A stretch of DNA of 60,633 nucleotides from Escherichia phage Dru_SM1. The stretch lies in the sequence record PP596835.1. One strand, given 5' to 3'. Positions 49,922 through 58,381 of the stretch are shown in pieces (the first letter of the stretch is position 1; every line of letters starts with the position of its first letter). A program made the translations under genes and the position numbers. Below the pieces are notes generated by a model. The model did not search any database and was not told where the DNA came from. It saw nothing but the letters and a program-made list of their open reading frames with translations.

Positions 49922-50665
49922 TTATTGGATTTCAGTTCTTTGGTACTGCATCACGATCTGAAATACCTGATCCGGTGTTCGCCCTTCGCGCAACTGTATC
50001 ATCCATTCATCCAACTGTTCTAAACGTGCTTGAGCTTCGTTAATGTCCTTAAACGGCTGCCATGATACGGGGACACAGCCATTAACACTTAGAGTAATTG
50101 ATGTAGTCCCGTTTTCATACACTCTAAGCGCGCAAGTCGGCCAAACGCCACGCTTATCCCATACAGGCGGGTTTTCTACCGATTTATAAGTGCTATACCA
50201 TTTATTGCGAAGCGATGTTCTTTCCTTATCCGTCAACGGAGCGCCTTTAACCCTTTCATGCTCCTCCAGCCAAGCTTTAAATTTTGGGTCCGGTTTGCGC
50301 CCAACTTTTCCACCTTTCCCTTTCGCATGTTCTTTAAAAGCTTGTTCATATGGATCATTGCCATGCGATTTGTGCCAGTTAAACATACCATCATAACGTG
50401 TTATCTCTTTAGCATCCAACTCGCGTCCCAACTTATTGCTTACCCATGCGCGGAAAGCGGCTCGCTCTGGACCCCATTTACCCGTTTTCTGTCTTGTAGC
50501 TTTTTTAACAGGCTGCTCCACATCTTCGTTGAAGTAATTTTCTACCATTGCAAGCGCCTGGCTTTTAGATGGTGCACCGCGCAACCGTGAGCACTCCTGG
50601 ACGATCCATGCAGCGAAGCACAACTCCTTAACCACAGTTTTAGATGCAATCATTTCTTCACTCAT
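49922..50665 (-). CDS. hypothetical protein (first gene of leftward block)
   Basis: 247-aa Lys-rich ORF next to the control region. Confidence 0.45.
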   Translation of the reverse strand: MSEEMIASKTVVKELCFAAWIVQECSRLRGAPSKSQALAMVENYFNEDVEQPVKKATRQKTGKWGPERAAFRAWVSNKLGRELDAKEITRYDGMFNWHKSHGNDPYEQAFKEHAKGKGGKVGRKPDPKFKAWLEEHERVKGAPLTDKERTSLRNKWYSTYKSVENPPVWDKRGVWPTCALRVYENGTTSITLSVNGCVPVSWQPFKDINEAQARLEQLDEWMIQLREGRTPDQVFQIVMQYQRTEIQ

Positions 50666-50760
50666 AATAACACTCCTCGTTATAAGAATAGATTTAAGCC
50701 GTCCACAAAACTTTTACAGTATCGCAAAACCTTTAAAAGTTACGTTATAAGGGAATTATA

Positions 50761-51000
50761 TTAAAAGATAGTGCTAGTGGCAATTATAGTGGCATTACTG
50801 CGTATAGTGCGCCGTTGCTGGCTTTCAATGTCCTGCCACTATAACTGCACAAACGGCTATCACTACTATTTTGTATAAAGTATAAATTTTTGGGTTTTGC
50901 GTTACGTATAAATACCCCCTTTAAACTAAGAATTATAGTAGTAGTGGATAAACATAGTGAAATGCCACTATCACTACTTACTATAATTAATTTAATAAAA
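50761..51000. promoter_or_regulatory. iteron/operator-like repeat cluster (core TATAGTG / CACTAT, at least 8 copies in both orientations)
   Basis: 10-bp inverted repeat TATAGTGGCA (50785-50794) / TGCCACTATA (50833-50842); three direct ATAGTG copies at 17-19-bp spacing; TATCACTACT twice. Confidence 0.5.
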
Positions 51001-51290
51001 AATTGGGGTATCTGTACCAAAAACCTAAAACTTTCAGTCAACAGACTAAAAACGGATAGAAACTAAAAGTTAATAATTAATACCATAAATATATATAAAA
51101 TAAGGTTTTATTAGTAATTTATATAGTACCTATTGGTATTAGTTGACGTTCGCAAGGTCTGCTACAAAAAATCACAAAACTCACAAAAAGTGAAAGTTTG
51201 CAAGTCATGGCAAAATTGTTAATAGAATATAGTGTATGGATATACAGTATTATTCCAGATTCCGGAATAATTGGAATAATGGAATAAATT
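51001..51290. other. AT-rich non-coding region (candidate DNA unwinding element / divergent promoters)
   Basis: ~290 bp ORF-free and strongly AT-rich, with short direct repeats (TCACAAAA x2, GGAATAAT x3); between the two divergent gene blocks. Confidence 0.4.
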
Positions 51291-51456
51291 ATTGAACTAT
51301 TGTGATCGGAAGGTATATCAAGCTATAATCTGCGTTAAGGCAGAGAGGAGTTATTGCAGAGGTCCGGTAACACGGGCAGCCTCCACAGCAATAACAAGTC
51401 TACAGGAGGCTGTCTTACGTAGCGCGCGCAAAATTAAACTATTGTTTGGAGGGAAT

Positions 51457-51786
51457 ATGAGTCTTGAATGGGATTATAAAAAACACTGGTGGAAGAAAGA
51501 GCCAAAATGGAATAAATATTTTGAGTATAAGGATGGAGATTTATTCTGGAAGAAGGACTTTAAGAAATACGGCATATCCAAAGGTGATGAAGTTAAAGAT
51601 GTTTGTGCTCCGCATCTTCATTGTAAAATTTGCTTGGCACCTATTTGCCAAGGTGAAAACCGTAAAGTCTTAAGGGCTCGTGTCGTTTATGAAATGTTCC
51701 ACGGTCCACAGGGTAAAGGAGCTGTCTTCGGGAAGTATATCAACGACCCGAAGAATGACATGATTGAAAATCTTTATCTAAAATAG
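51457..51786 (+). CDS. degenerate HNH endonuclease-like protein
   Basis: ORF 51292-51786; likely start ATG 51457 (GGAGGG RBS); N-terminus matches the intact HNH genes (FEYKDGDLFWKK) but the HNH region is altered (INDPKNDMIENLYLK instead of IDHI(D/N)H...RIENLRL) and the C-terminal domain is missing. Confidence 0.4.
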   Translation: MSLEWDYKKHWWKKEPKWNKYFEYKDGDLFWKKDFKKYGISKGDEVKDVCAPHLHCKICLAPICQGENRKVLRARVVYEMFHGPQGKGAVFGKYINDPKNDMIENLYLK

Positions 51787-51817
51787 GGCTCCCGCAGAAG
51801 CCCGTTGGTTGATGTGG

Positions 51818-51952
51818 TTATAGAACTCGCCAGTTAGTGATTAAGCCTTGCGAGAGCATAAACTTGCCAGTCTGCTCCGCGTCGTAGCGGTTATTGAAAA
51901 CATCTTCTACTTCCCAATCGCTACCAAAATATTTTATTTCTAAAGTGAACAT
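51818..51952 (-). CDS. small hypothetical protein (44 aa)
   Basis: ATG 51952 with AAGGAG RBS at 7-nt spacing; below the ORF-track size cutoff. Confidence 0.3.
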   Translation of the reverse strand: MFTLEIKYFGSDWEVEDVFNNRYDAEQTGKFMLSQGLITNWRVL

Positions 51953-52005
51953 AATAAACTCCTTTGCTGTTAATGATATAATTATAGGTCAGCTTGAAGG
52001 AAAGA

Positions 52006-52620
52006 TCAAGCATCTAAACCATTATATTTGCGCCAGGCGTAGAACTGAATGGCTACCGTTGTTCCGTTGTAAGAAGGCATTGCTGCTTTCATTTCTTTCA
52101 GCTCCGGCGTGCGGCCCAGTTCCTTCAGAAGCTTGTCACCCATTGCCCACACTTCGGCAGTTTTTCCTTTGAGCGGCTTGCGAGCGCCATTTTTGAAATC
52201 GCAGCGAGCAGTTTTTACATCCTGTTTTGGCGCGGCAGCTTTTGGCTCTTCAATTTTGATTTCAGAAACCTGCGTGGCAGCTTTTGCATGTTTCATATCT
52301 TTCTCTTCCTCCTGCTCCAAAGCTTCGAGGCAGCTTTTGACAATTTCCGGATTTACCATCGGGCGCAGTACCGAGACGCTGGAAGCTGGCGCGGCGGTCG
52401 GTGCCGGGACTTTCTGCTCCGGCTGTTGCGCTTTTTTATGGTCGCGCAGTACCTGAAGCACTTCCTTCTCGACGATGTAAAAACCAATCTCGTCCTGATG
52501 GATTAACTGTTCGTGTGCGTCGCGTGCAACCTGACCCCAGCGAGTCTTAAGGGCACGGCGTGCATTCGTTTTCATGGTGTAGCGCATTTTGTCCTGTTCG
52601 CGGTGAGTTACTTTAGACAT
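52006..52620 (-). CDS. hypothetical protein
   Basis: ORF 52006-52665; likely start ATG 52620 with AAAGGAG RBS; Ala/Pro/Lys-rich central linker. Confidence 0.45.
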   Translation of the reverse strand: MSKVTHREQDKMRYTMKTNARRALKTRWGQVARDAHEQLIHQDEIGFYIVEKEVLQVLRDHKKAQQPEQKVPAPTAAPASSVSVLRPMVNPEIVKSCLEALEQEEEKDMKHAKAATQVSEIKIEEPKAAAPKQDVKTARCDFKNGARKPLKGKTAEVWAMGDKLLKELGRTPELKEMKAAMPSYNGTTVAIQFYAWRKYNGLDA

Positions 52621-52693
52621 GGTATAGCTCCTTTCGTTAATATTAGTTTGCTTATTACTGCCCACCGTAATGATGAGCAGTGTATAAGAAAAC

Positions 52694-52942
52694 TTATTGC
52701 ACGATTGCTACGAAATCGGCGGTTGCGATATCCATGCTTGCGAAAGCATGGATGCCATAGTCGGTGTCGTTTTCGGCGTTAAACGCTTTGAGGAACTGCT
52801 GTACTGCCGCTTTATGGTTAAGCGTTACGTCGATAGCATAGTCCCAGCTATAGACTTTGCGCTTGCCAAAACCTTTAACTGCAATGCGTGCGCCTTTGGT
52901 GTTAGTTGGTGCCAAAAATTTGGTGATGATAGAAGTAGCCAT
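52694..52942 (-). CDS. hypothetical protein
   Basis: 82-aa ORF. Confidence 0.4.
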   Translation of the reverse strand: MATSIITKFLAPTNTKGARIAVKGFGKRKVYSWDYAIDVTLNHKAAVQQFLKAFNAENDTDYGIHAFASMDIATADFVAIVQ

Positions 52943-53013
52943 AATGTAATCCTCTTTTTGTTTAAGTTGACTTATTATTGCCCAGTCAGATCAACTAGGC
53001 AAGATATAAATCA

Positions 53014-53177
53014 ACTATTTTCGCTTACATAATCCAGTGCAGCTTCGAGGAAATAAAATTCTTCCTGCTTATATAAGCTGATTGCCCACTCCAGCTGAGC
53101 GCGGGTAAGGTGGCGATATTTGTTGTCGATGCAGTAGCTGCGACCGAAGTACATAATAGTGAAGTATGAGCTGGACA
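53014..53177 (-). CDS. small hypothetical protein (54 aa)
   Basis: ATG 53177 with GGAGG RBS; more protein-like than the overlapping 72-aa ORF in another frame. Confidence 0.3.
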
Positions 53178-53396
53178 TAACGCGCCTCCAAGTGTGGTTA
53201 AGAAGTAGTACCGTGTTGCTATGGGTACATAATAGCGATGCATTGTGATATTGAATAGGCCAAACGTGCTATTTTGATATTGTTTTGCATCTAGTGAAAA
53301 TTATGCTTGCCCTGCATGTTTAGCACTAATGGCCTAACTAACATCACATCATCTGGAGTATTCGCGCAGGCGTACACATGCTTATAAGGTGGTGCC

Positions 53397-53510
53397 GGAT
53401 CGACCAGGTGGGAGCGGTGCACAGGATCGACCAGGGGCATCCGGCGCCCTGCGTGTGCGGAGCCTACCAGGTGGGAGCAGCTCCTGCGTGTGCCGGAAAT
53501 ACCAGGTGCG
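53397..53510. repeat. GC-rich degenerate direct repeats (ACCAGGTGGGAGC x2, GATCGACCAGG x2, CTGCGTGTGC x2)
   Basis: four ACCAGG(T)G units ~26-37 bp apart in a GC-rich island within a divergent intergenic region. Confidence 0.5.
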
Positions 53511-53562
53511 CGCGAGCCCATGCACTTTACAAAATATTTTTATAAAAAGTGCAAAAAGGTGT

Positions 53563-53590
53563 AGACATATGATCGGTCTAGCACTACTAT
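53563..53590 (+). promoter_or_regulatory. candidate promoter for the rightward small genes (TAGACA-N16-TACTAT)
   Basis: -35/-10-like hexamers ~50 nt upstream of the ATG at 53640; weak. Confidence 0.25.
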
Positions 53591-53639
53591 ATACACATAC
53601 CGCAAGGGTACTACAAATTAACTCAAAGGGGTTTACATC

Positions 53640-53843
53640 ATGTCTATTCGTAACGTTATCTGTGTAATGGTTGCAAACAATAATTTTGGTTTCGTAGAAG
53701 GTGCAGAGTATAAAATGGATCTTAAAACTCGTTGCATTATTAAAGGTGAAGAGGAATGGCGTGCAGTAGTAGAAGATTGCGGAGATATCTACATCTATAG
53801 TTCTGATACAATGAAAACTATCGCTGTCTTCGAATTTAACTAA
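53640..53843 (+). CDS. hypothetical protein
   Basis: 67-aa ORF with RBS. Confidence 0.4.
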   Translation: MSIRNVICVMVANNNFGFVEGAEYKMDLKTRCIIKGEEEWRAVVEDCGDIYIYSSDTMKTIAVFEFN

Positions 53844-53911
53844 GCTAACTTATACAATGGGCATTAATACAGTGCCCATTAATAAGCTAACTAATTATAA
53901 CGAGGTGTATT

Positions 53912-54097
53912 ATGTCTACGGACACTGTGAAGTCTGTAAATAATAGCAACAGAACATTTAAAGTTATGTATTATGGTCAGGACGTTGGTCAGGTCAAGGC
54001 GCCCAGCCGTATCGTGGCGGAAGAGTTCGTCCGTACAGAGATGCAACTTGGAATCGCCGATTTTGGCGCCATCGTTAAACTGGTAGAGGTGTACTAA
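53912..54097 (+). CDS. hypothetical protein
   Basis: 61-aa ORF with GAGGTG RBS. Confidence 0.4.
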   Translation: MSTDTVKSVNNSNRTFKVMYYGQDVGQVKAPSRIVAEEFVRTEMQLGIADFGAIVKLVEVY

Positions 54098-54098
54098 T

Positions 54099-54239
54099 AT
54101 GCCACGCAAATACACGCTTACACGCGCACAGCACGCGCTATTAATTGCAGCAATGCGCGCAGAATATGCAGTTCATGGCTGGCATAGTGCCATGATGCGC
54201 GGTAAAAGCATATATGCGGACATGCGCTCGCAAGGATAA
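54099..54239 (+). CDS. small hypothetical protein (46 aa)
   Basis: ATG 54099 directly after the upstream stop; basic; below the ORF-track cutoff. Confidence 0.3.
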   Translation: MPRKYTLTRAQHALLIAAMRAEYAVHGWHSAMMRGKSIYADMRSQG

Positions 54240-54730
54240 CGCACACAGCAGCACCACAGCGAGCTAAAGCTCAAAGGTAATGGTAATGCATTACCAACAC
54301 ACAACGAGCACGCTGTACCCCACAAAGCGGCGCTAATTTCAACACTCACAGGCCGTACGAGTTAACGTACAGCCTGCTCTGCTATATGCACGCCCCATAC
54401 ACAGCCAGCTCACGATATACATTAATATAATAACGAATGAAATAGATTCGTCTGGAAGAATAACAGATCTTGCAGTCACAGACCGGTCCAATGAGCCGAC
54501 TCATAGACCCCACCTAGGATCATCAGGGTACTAATAATCACCCGAGGGCGCCTTATCCATCCTGATAGTAAGTCCACGCCTAAATCTCACCTGTCACATA
54601 GCCTATCCACCTATATGCGAAGGCAGACCCGACCCACCTTAGAATCTACCCTATCAACATATTCATCATTGAAAAATCTGTGGGTTATTGCTAAAATATA
54701 GATGACAAAAAATTGATCGAAGGTATTGAA

Positions 54731-55204
54731 ATGAACTGGAATGATATATTTGAATACAGAGATGGTGTTTTGTATTGGAAGCTGAGTAGGCGATGTATAA
54801 ACGCAGGCGACAGAGCAGGATGTGTTCAAGAGGATGGATACACGAGAATAGTATTTGAAGGTAAGCAATACCTGCGACACCGCATAGTGTGGTTAATGCA
54901 CGGAAGAACTATTCCGAAAGGTATGGAAATTGATCACATTGACCATGACCGCCAAAATGACCGAATTGAAAATTTACGTTTAGTTAGTGCTGTAGTAAAC
55001 TGTCAAAATAAAGGAAAATATATCAGTAACACAAGCGGCGTCACTGGTGTAAGTTGGGACAGAAAGAATTTAAAATGGTTTGTAACTATAAGAGTGAATA
55101 AAAAGAATGTATTTTTAGGTCGTTTTGACAAATTCGATGAAGCAGTTAAGGTACGAAAGGAAGCGGAATTGCTGTATAATTTCCACGAAAATCACGGTAA
55201 ATGA
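54731..55204 (+). CDS. HNH homing endonuclease
   Basis: HNH motif IDHIDHDRQNDRIENLRL; likely start ATG 54731 (GAAGG RBS). Confidence 0.7.
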   Translation: MNWNDIFEYRDGVLYWKLSRRCINAGDRAGCVQEDGYTRIVFEGKQYLRHRIVWLMHGRTIPKGMEIDHIDHDRQNDRIENLRLVSAVVNCQNKGKYISNTSGVTGVSWDRKNLKWFVTIRVNKKNVFLGRFDKFDEAVKVRKEAELLYNFHENHGK

Positions 55205-55223
55205 TGGTTAAGCAGAGGAAATT

Positions 55224-55421
55224 GTGAGACTTGGACCTTATCTTGGTTATTATGGTCGGGCTTTTTGGAATGATGAAACTAAAAGGTTTGAAGGTTGGCT
55301 AATTACACCTGAACGTTTTACATTTCATAGTGTAAAAGAGAAAAATATCGTTCTTAATTTTCAAAAATGTGTCACTAAATATGTAGAGGAGCAAGAAGAA
55401 TGTCTTATGTGTCAGCATTAG
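55224..55421 (+). CDS. hypothetical protein
   Basis: 65-aa ORF. Confidence 0.35.
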   Translation: MRLGPYLGYYGRAFWNDETKRFEGWLITPERFTFHSVKEKNIVLNFQKCVTKYVEEQEECLMCQH

Positions 55422-55765
55422 AAGCTGCTGGATGCGAAGTATTAGATTTTGTTGAGTTTGGTTGTTATCAGGGTGAATGGCTTGCCCTGATAAGAAAAGA
55501 TGGTGTATTGGGAGTTTGCGAAGGGTCTTATGGATCATGCTCTGGTTGCGATTCATTTCAAGCTGAATTTGGCTGGGGTGATGAGGAAAGTCCCGATTAT
55601 CAGAAACGTCTTGCTGAATTTGGTGAAAGTTACTTACCAGCTAACAGCTTTGAAGAAATGATCGCCAAACTTCAAAAGGATATTGAGAATTATGATTGGG
55701 ATGACGATTATAAATCTATGCTAGAAACTGTTCGTGAATGGCAGAAAAATATAGGACAAGTATAA
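55400..55765 (+). CDS. hypothetical protein
   Basis: 121-aa acidic ORF with several Cys (CEGSYGSCSGC). Confidence 0.4.
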   Translation: MSYVSALEAAGCEVLDFVEFGCYQGEWLALIRKDGVLGVCEGSYGSCSGCDSFQAEFGWGDEESPDYQKRLAEFGESYLPANSFEEMIAKLQKDIENYDWDDDYKSMLETVREWQKNIGQV

Positions 55766-55816
55766 TTATCAATCTATAATGGGCTCTACGGAGCCCTTAA
55801 TTATCTGGAGGTTGTT

Positions 55817-56119
55817 ATGCTGTATTTAGGAATGGATTTAAATCGAGAAAAACCGGATATCCCTGCGGTCGATTCTAAAACTGCAATCAAAGTCCTGTTT
55901 TTCGGTCAGGAAATCCCTGTGGCGCCTTGGGCTACTCACATTGCAGTGGACGCTAACGGTGTTGTCCACTGTTATAATAGTAAGCCTAAAGCATATGAAC
56001 AACTTAAAGAATGGCTGCATGATGGTGATAAGAGTCGCTACTGCGGTGAATTTGACCTTGAAGGCGCGGACTGGCGGGATACATTGAAGGAGATTACTAT
56101 ATATGTCACAGAAAAATAA
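55817..56119 (+). CDS. hypothetical protein
   Basis: 100-aa ORF with GGAGG RBS. Confidence 0.4.
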   Translation: MLYLGMDLNREKPDIPAVDSKTAIKVLFFGQEIPVAPWATHIAVDANGVVHCYNSKPKAYEQLKEWLHDGDKSRYCGEFDLEGADWRDTLKEITIYVTEK

Positions 56120-56576
56120 ATGCTATGATTTAGAACGCGACGCTTGTGAATTAGATCAAGCTGGAGGTTATTACTCCCGCCATGTTATGGCAATGACGTC
56201 CGAAGGTTTGCACAGCAAAGGTGATATTGCTGCGGAACTGGGTTATCGTGACATGCGCATTGACCAGTTAGAAGCAAAATGGCGTGCTCAGGAAGAACGT
56301 GCAGAAAATGCTGAGACGGATCTTGTCAACATGCGTGCTGCTGAGCACGCTCTATCTGATTCTTATATTCGTTTGCGTCAAATTGTTGGTGCAATGAATC
56401 CGCCTGGTGTGAGCAGCGAAGAGGTGTGGGCGCATACCGAGAAGAAGGCTCAAGAGTTGCGTGATCGCTGCGAAGCTCTGGAAGCTGTAGCCAAGGACTT
56501 CCTGCGTCGTAATAAATATGGTCCTTTGTTCTATCGTGATTTGTATAACCGTTTTAAGGAGGTTATTGGTGATTGA
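56103..56576 (+). CDS. hypothetical protein
   Basis: 157-aa ORF. Confidence 0.4.
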   Translation: MSQKNKCYDLERDACELDQAGGYYSRHVMAMTSEGLHSKGDIAAELGYRDMRIDQLEAKWRAQEERAENAETDLVNMRAAEHALSDSYIRLRQIVGAMNPPGVSSEEVWAHTEKKAQELRDRCEALEAVAKDFLRRNKYGPLFYRDLYNRFKEVIGD

Positions 56577-56639
56577 AGAAAATATCAAATATTGGAAAGG
56601 TTTTATTGATGAAATGTTGAAACCATTGGAGAAGAAATA

Positions 56640-57032
56640 ATGCTATTAGTCGTCACCGGAGGTCGAGATTTTAAGCATGCGGAGTATATTTATGCTCAAT
56701 TGGATAAGCTGCATATGCAAAGAAGGATAACCACACTTCGCCACGGTGACGCTGACGGTGTTGACCGCATTTGCGCACAGTGGGCAGAGCGCAACGGTAT
56801 TAAGACAGAAGCGTTCCCTGCCCCGTGGGACAATCTTTCCTTACCAAATACCAAGATACGGTATAACGCCAAGGGTGCTTATAATGCACAAGCTGGCGCA
56901 TACCGTAACCAATTAATGCTGAATACTGATCCTAAACCAGATCACGCTATTGTGTTTCCTGGCGGAGCTGGTACTATGGATATGTACAGACGGATTAAAG
57001 CATCCGGTATTCCTTACACATTAGCGGAGTAA
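56640..57032 (+). CDS. SLOG/LOG-like Rossmann protein (DUF2493-like)
   Basis: 130-aa ORF with motifs VVTGGRDF, HGDADGVDRICAQWA and FPGGAGTMD typical of SLOG/LOG-type nucleotide-binding folds. Confidence 0.45.
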   Translation: MLLVVTGGRDFKHAEYIYAQLDKLHMQRRITTLRHGDADGVDRICAQWAERNGIKTEAFPAPWDNLSLPNTKIRYNAKGAYNAQAGAYRNQLMLNTDPKPDHAIVFPGGAGTMDMYRRIKASGIPYTLAE

Positions 57033-57035
57033 ATA

Positions 57036-57506
57036 ATGGCTGACGTTAAAACTATTGTTGATGCAATGGACGAATCCAAAGACTGTCAACTGAAGAAGTC
57101 GTTTGAAGTAAAACAGGTTACAGAGACTCAGTTGGTCTGTAATTTTGCGCGTTATTGTGGACTGGGGCGCGGGAAAGACTGGAACGGGCTTATTGTTATG
57201 CCCACATCACAGATCCTCGTTTACGTCCGCAATATTCTTGAGGATTTATTATATCTTCAAATTGATATTGGTGACGTAGAAATTAACATGACCGCGAGCT
57301 CTACCATTGTGGTTAAATGGCAGTCGGGCGAGACACTGCGTTTGGAAGCGTGTCATTGTGCTAAGAGCTTGCACCACCTGCGCGGCTGTCATTACCAGTT
57401 TGTTGGGTTTGTACATCCGCAAGGGTTAAGCGAGCGTACGGCGCTGGTAGCGCGTTTGCTGCTGCGTCCTTATAATAACGAGCCGGAAGTCATATACGAG
57501 GCATAA
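57036..57506 (+). CDS. hypothetical protein
   Basis: 156-aa ORF. Confidence 0.4.
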   Translation: MADVKTIVDAMDESKDCQLKKSFEVKQVTETQLVCNFARYCGLGRGKDWNGLIVMPTSQILVYVRNILEDLLYLQIDIGDVEINMTASSTIVVKWQSGETLRLEACHCAKSLHHLRGCHYQFVGFVHPQGLSERTALVARLLLRPYNNEPEVIYEA

Positions 57507-57507
57507 G

Positions 57508-57714
57508 ATGGAAACTCCATTAGCTAAACAAATGATAGAGCGTGCGGATCGGGACGGTTTACCGGAAGACCATGCTATGCGTCGAACTGCCCAAGTATTT
57601 GACGAAATTAGCGTTAAATATGCGATGGGTAAGAGCACGCCTAAAGGTTTATTGGGCGCCTGGGCTCGCGCTCGGCGCTGCTGGTGCAACTACACCGGAG
57701 AACCACTTGTATGA
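57508..57714 (+). CDS. hypothetical protein
   Basis: 68-aa ORF, stop overlaps the next start (ATGA). Confidence 0.35.
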   Translation: METPLAKQMIERADRDGLPEDHAMRRTAQVFDEISVKYAMGKSTPKGLLGAWARARRCWCNYTGEPLV

Positions 57715-58133
57715 TTAAACACGTTAAACAGCCAACGTTGAATACATGCGTTTCTGCGTGTTTGGCAATGATCCTTAATAAACCTGTCGAAAAGGTCATT
57801 AAGGAATTTCACAGTCGTTATTATAACAACTGGGAAATCACTATCAGCGAATATTTGACTAAAAACGGCGTCCAGCATCATTGTTCAGAAGGTGGTGGGC
57901 GTGAAACTTTGCATATGGGAGGTTTGTTCCTGTGCACGGTGCCAAGTCTTAATATTCCTGGCGCATTGCACCAGATTGTGATTGATATGACGGATCACAA
58001 GTTTATTGTGCATGATCCAATTAAAGGATGGGAAGGTAAAAAGTTCTATGTTGGTCCGGATCAAGATCCTGAAGAGCCTGGAGCTTTTATCATTCATACT
58101 TGGGTCAAAGACGTTGAAATCCTGCCTTATTAA
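57711..58133 (+). CDS. putative papain-like cysteine peptidase (C39-like)
   Basis: ORF 57684-58133; start ATG 57711; N-terminal QPTLNTCVSACLAMIL (Gln/Cys region of C39-type peptidases) and downstream HKFIVHDP candidate catalytic His. Confidence 0.45.
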   Translation: MIKHVKQPTLNTCVSACLAMILNKPVEKVIKEFHSRYYNNWEITISEYLTKNGVQHHCSEGGGRETLHMGGLFLCTVPSLNIPGALHQIVIDMTDHKFIVHDPIKGWEGKKFYVGPDQDPEEPGAFIIHTWVKDVEILPY

Positions 58134-58195
58134 TTTTCTTGCTATCACATAACCCTTCATTGTATTGTGTACCCATCGAATAAGAGGGGTACACA

Positions 58196-58381
58196 ATGAC
58201 CAAACTATACGCCGGATTGTTTTTATTTGCGACGTTGATGTTCGCTGGGCTTTATACCTATACAGTAGTCGAACAACCTTCCACGGTTATCCGAATCTTT
58301 GCAAGTACAGGGCTTTGCATCTGTCTTATTCTGTTTGTTTTATGCATTGTTATTATCCAAGACCAAAGGAAAGTTAAATGA
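58196..58381 (+). CDS. small membrane protein
   Basis: 61-aa ORF with two hydrophobic segments. Confidence 0.35.
   Translation: MTKLYAGLFLFATLMFAGLYTYTVVEQPSTVIRIFASTGLCICLILFVLCIVIIQDQRKVK

Noticed and set aside
53391-53520. Possible CRISPR array
   Set aside because: Only about four imperfect units with variable spacing, no conserved repeat of 24 bp or more, and no cas genes.
53025-53667. ORFs 53025-53243 (-), 53291-53521 (-) and 53389-53667 (+) in the GC-rich repeat region
   Set aside because: Gly/Pro/Arg or Ser/Thr-rich translations driven by the GC-rich repeats, overlapping each other; the 54-aa ORF at 53014-53177 with a GGAGG RBS is the better gene model.
54240-54712. tRNA gene or group I intron in the ORF-free region before the HNH gene
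   Set aside because: No T-loop (GTTCRANYC) or cloverleaf-compatible segments found by eye, and the flanking ORFs do not look like halves of one interrupted gene. A structured RNA is still possible and is reported as a finding.
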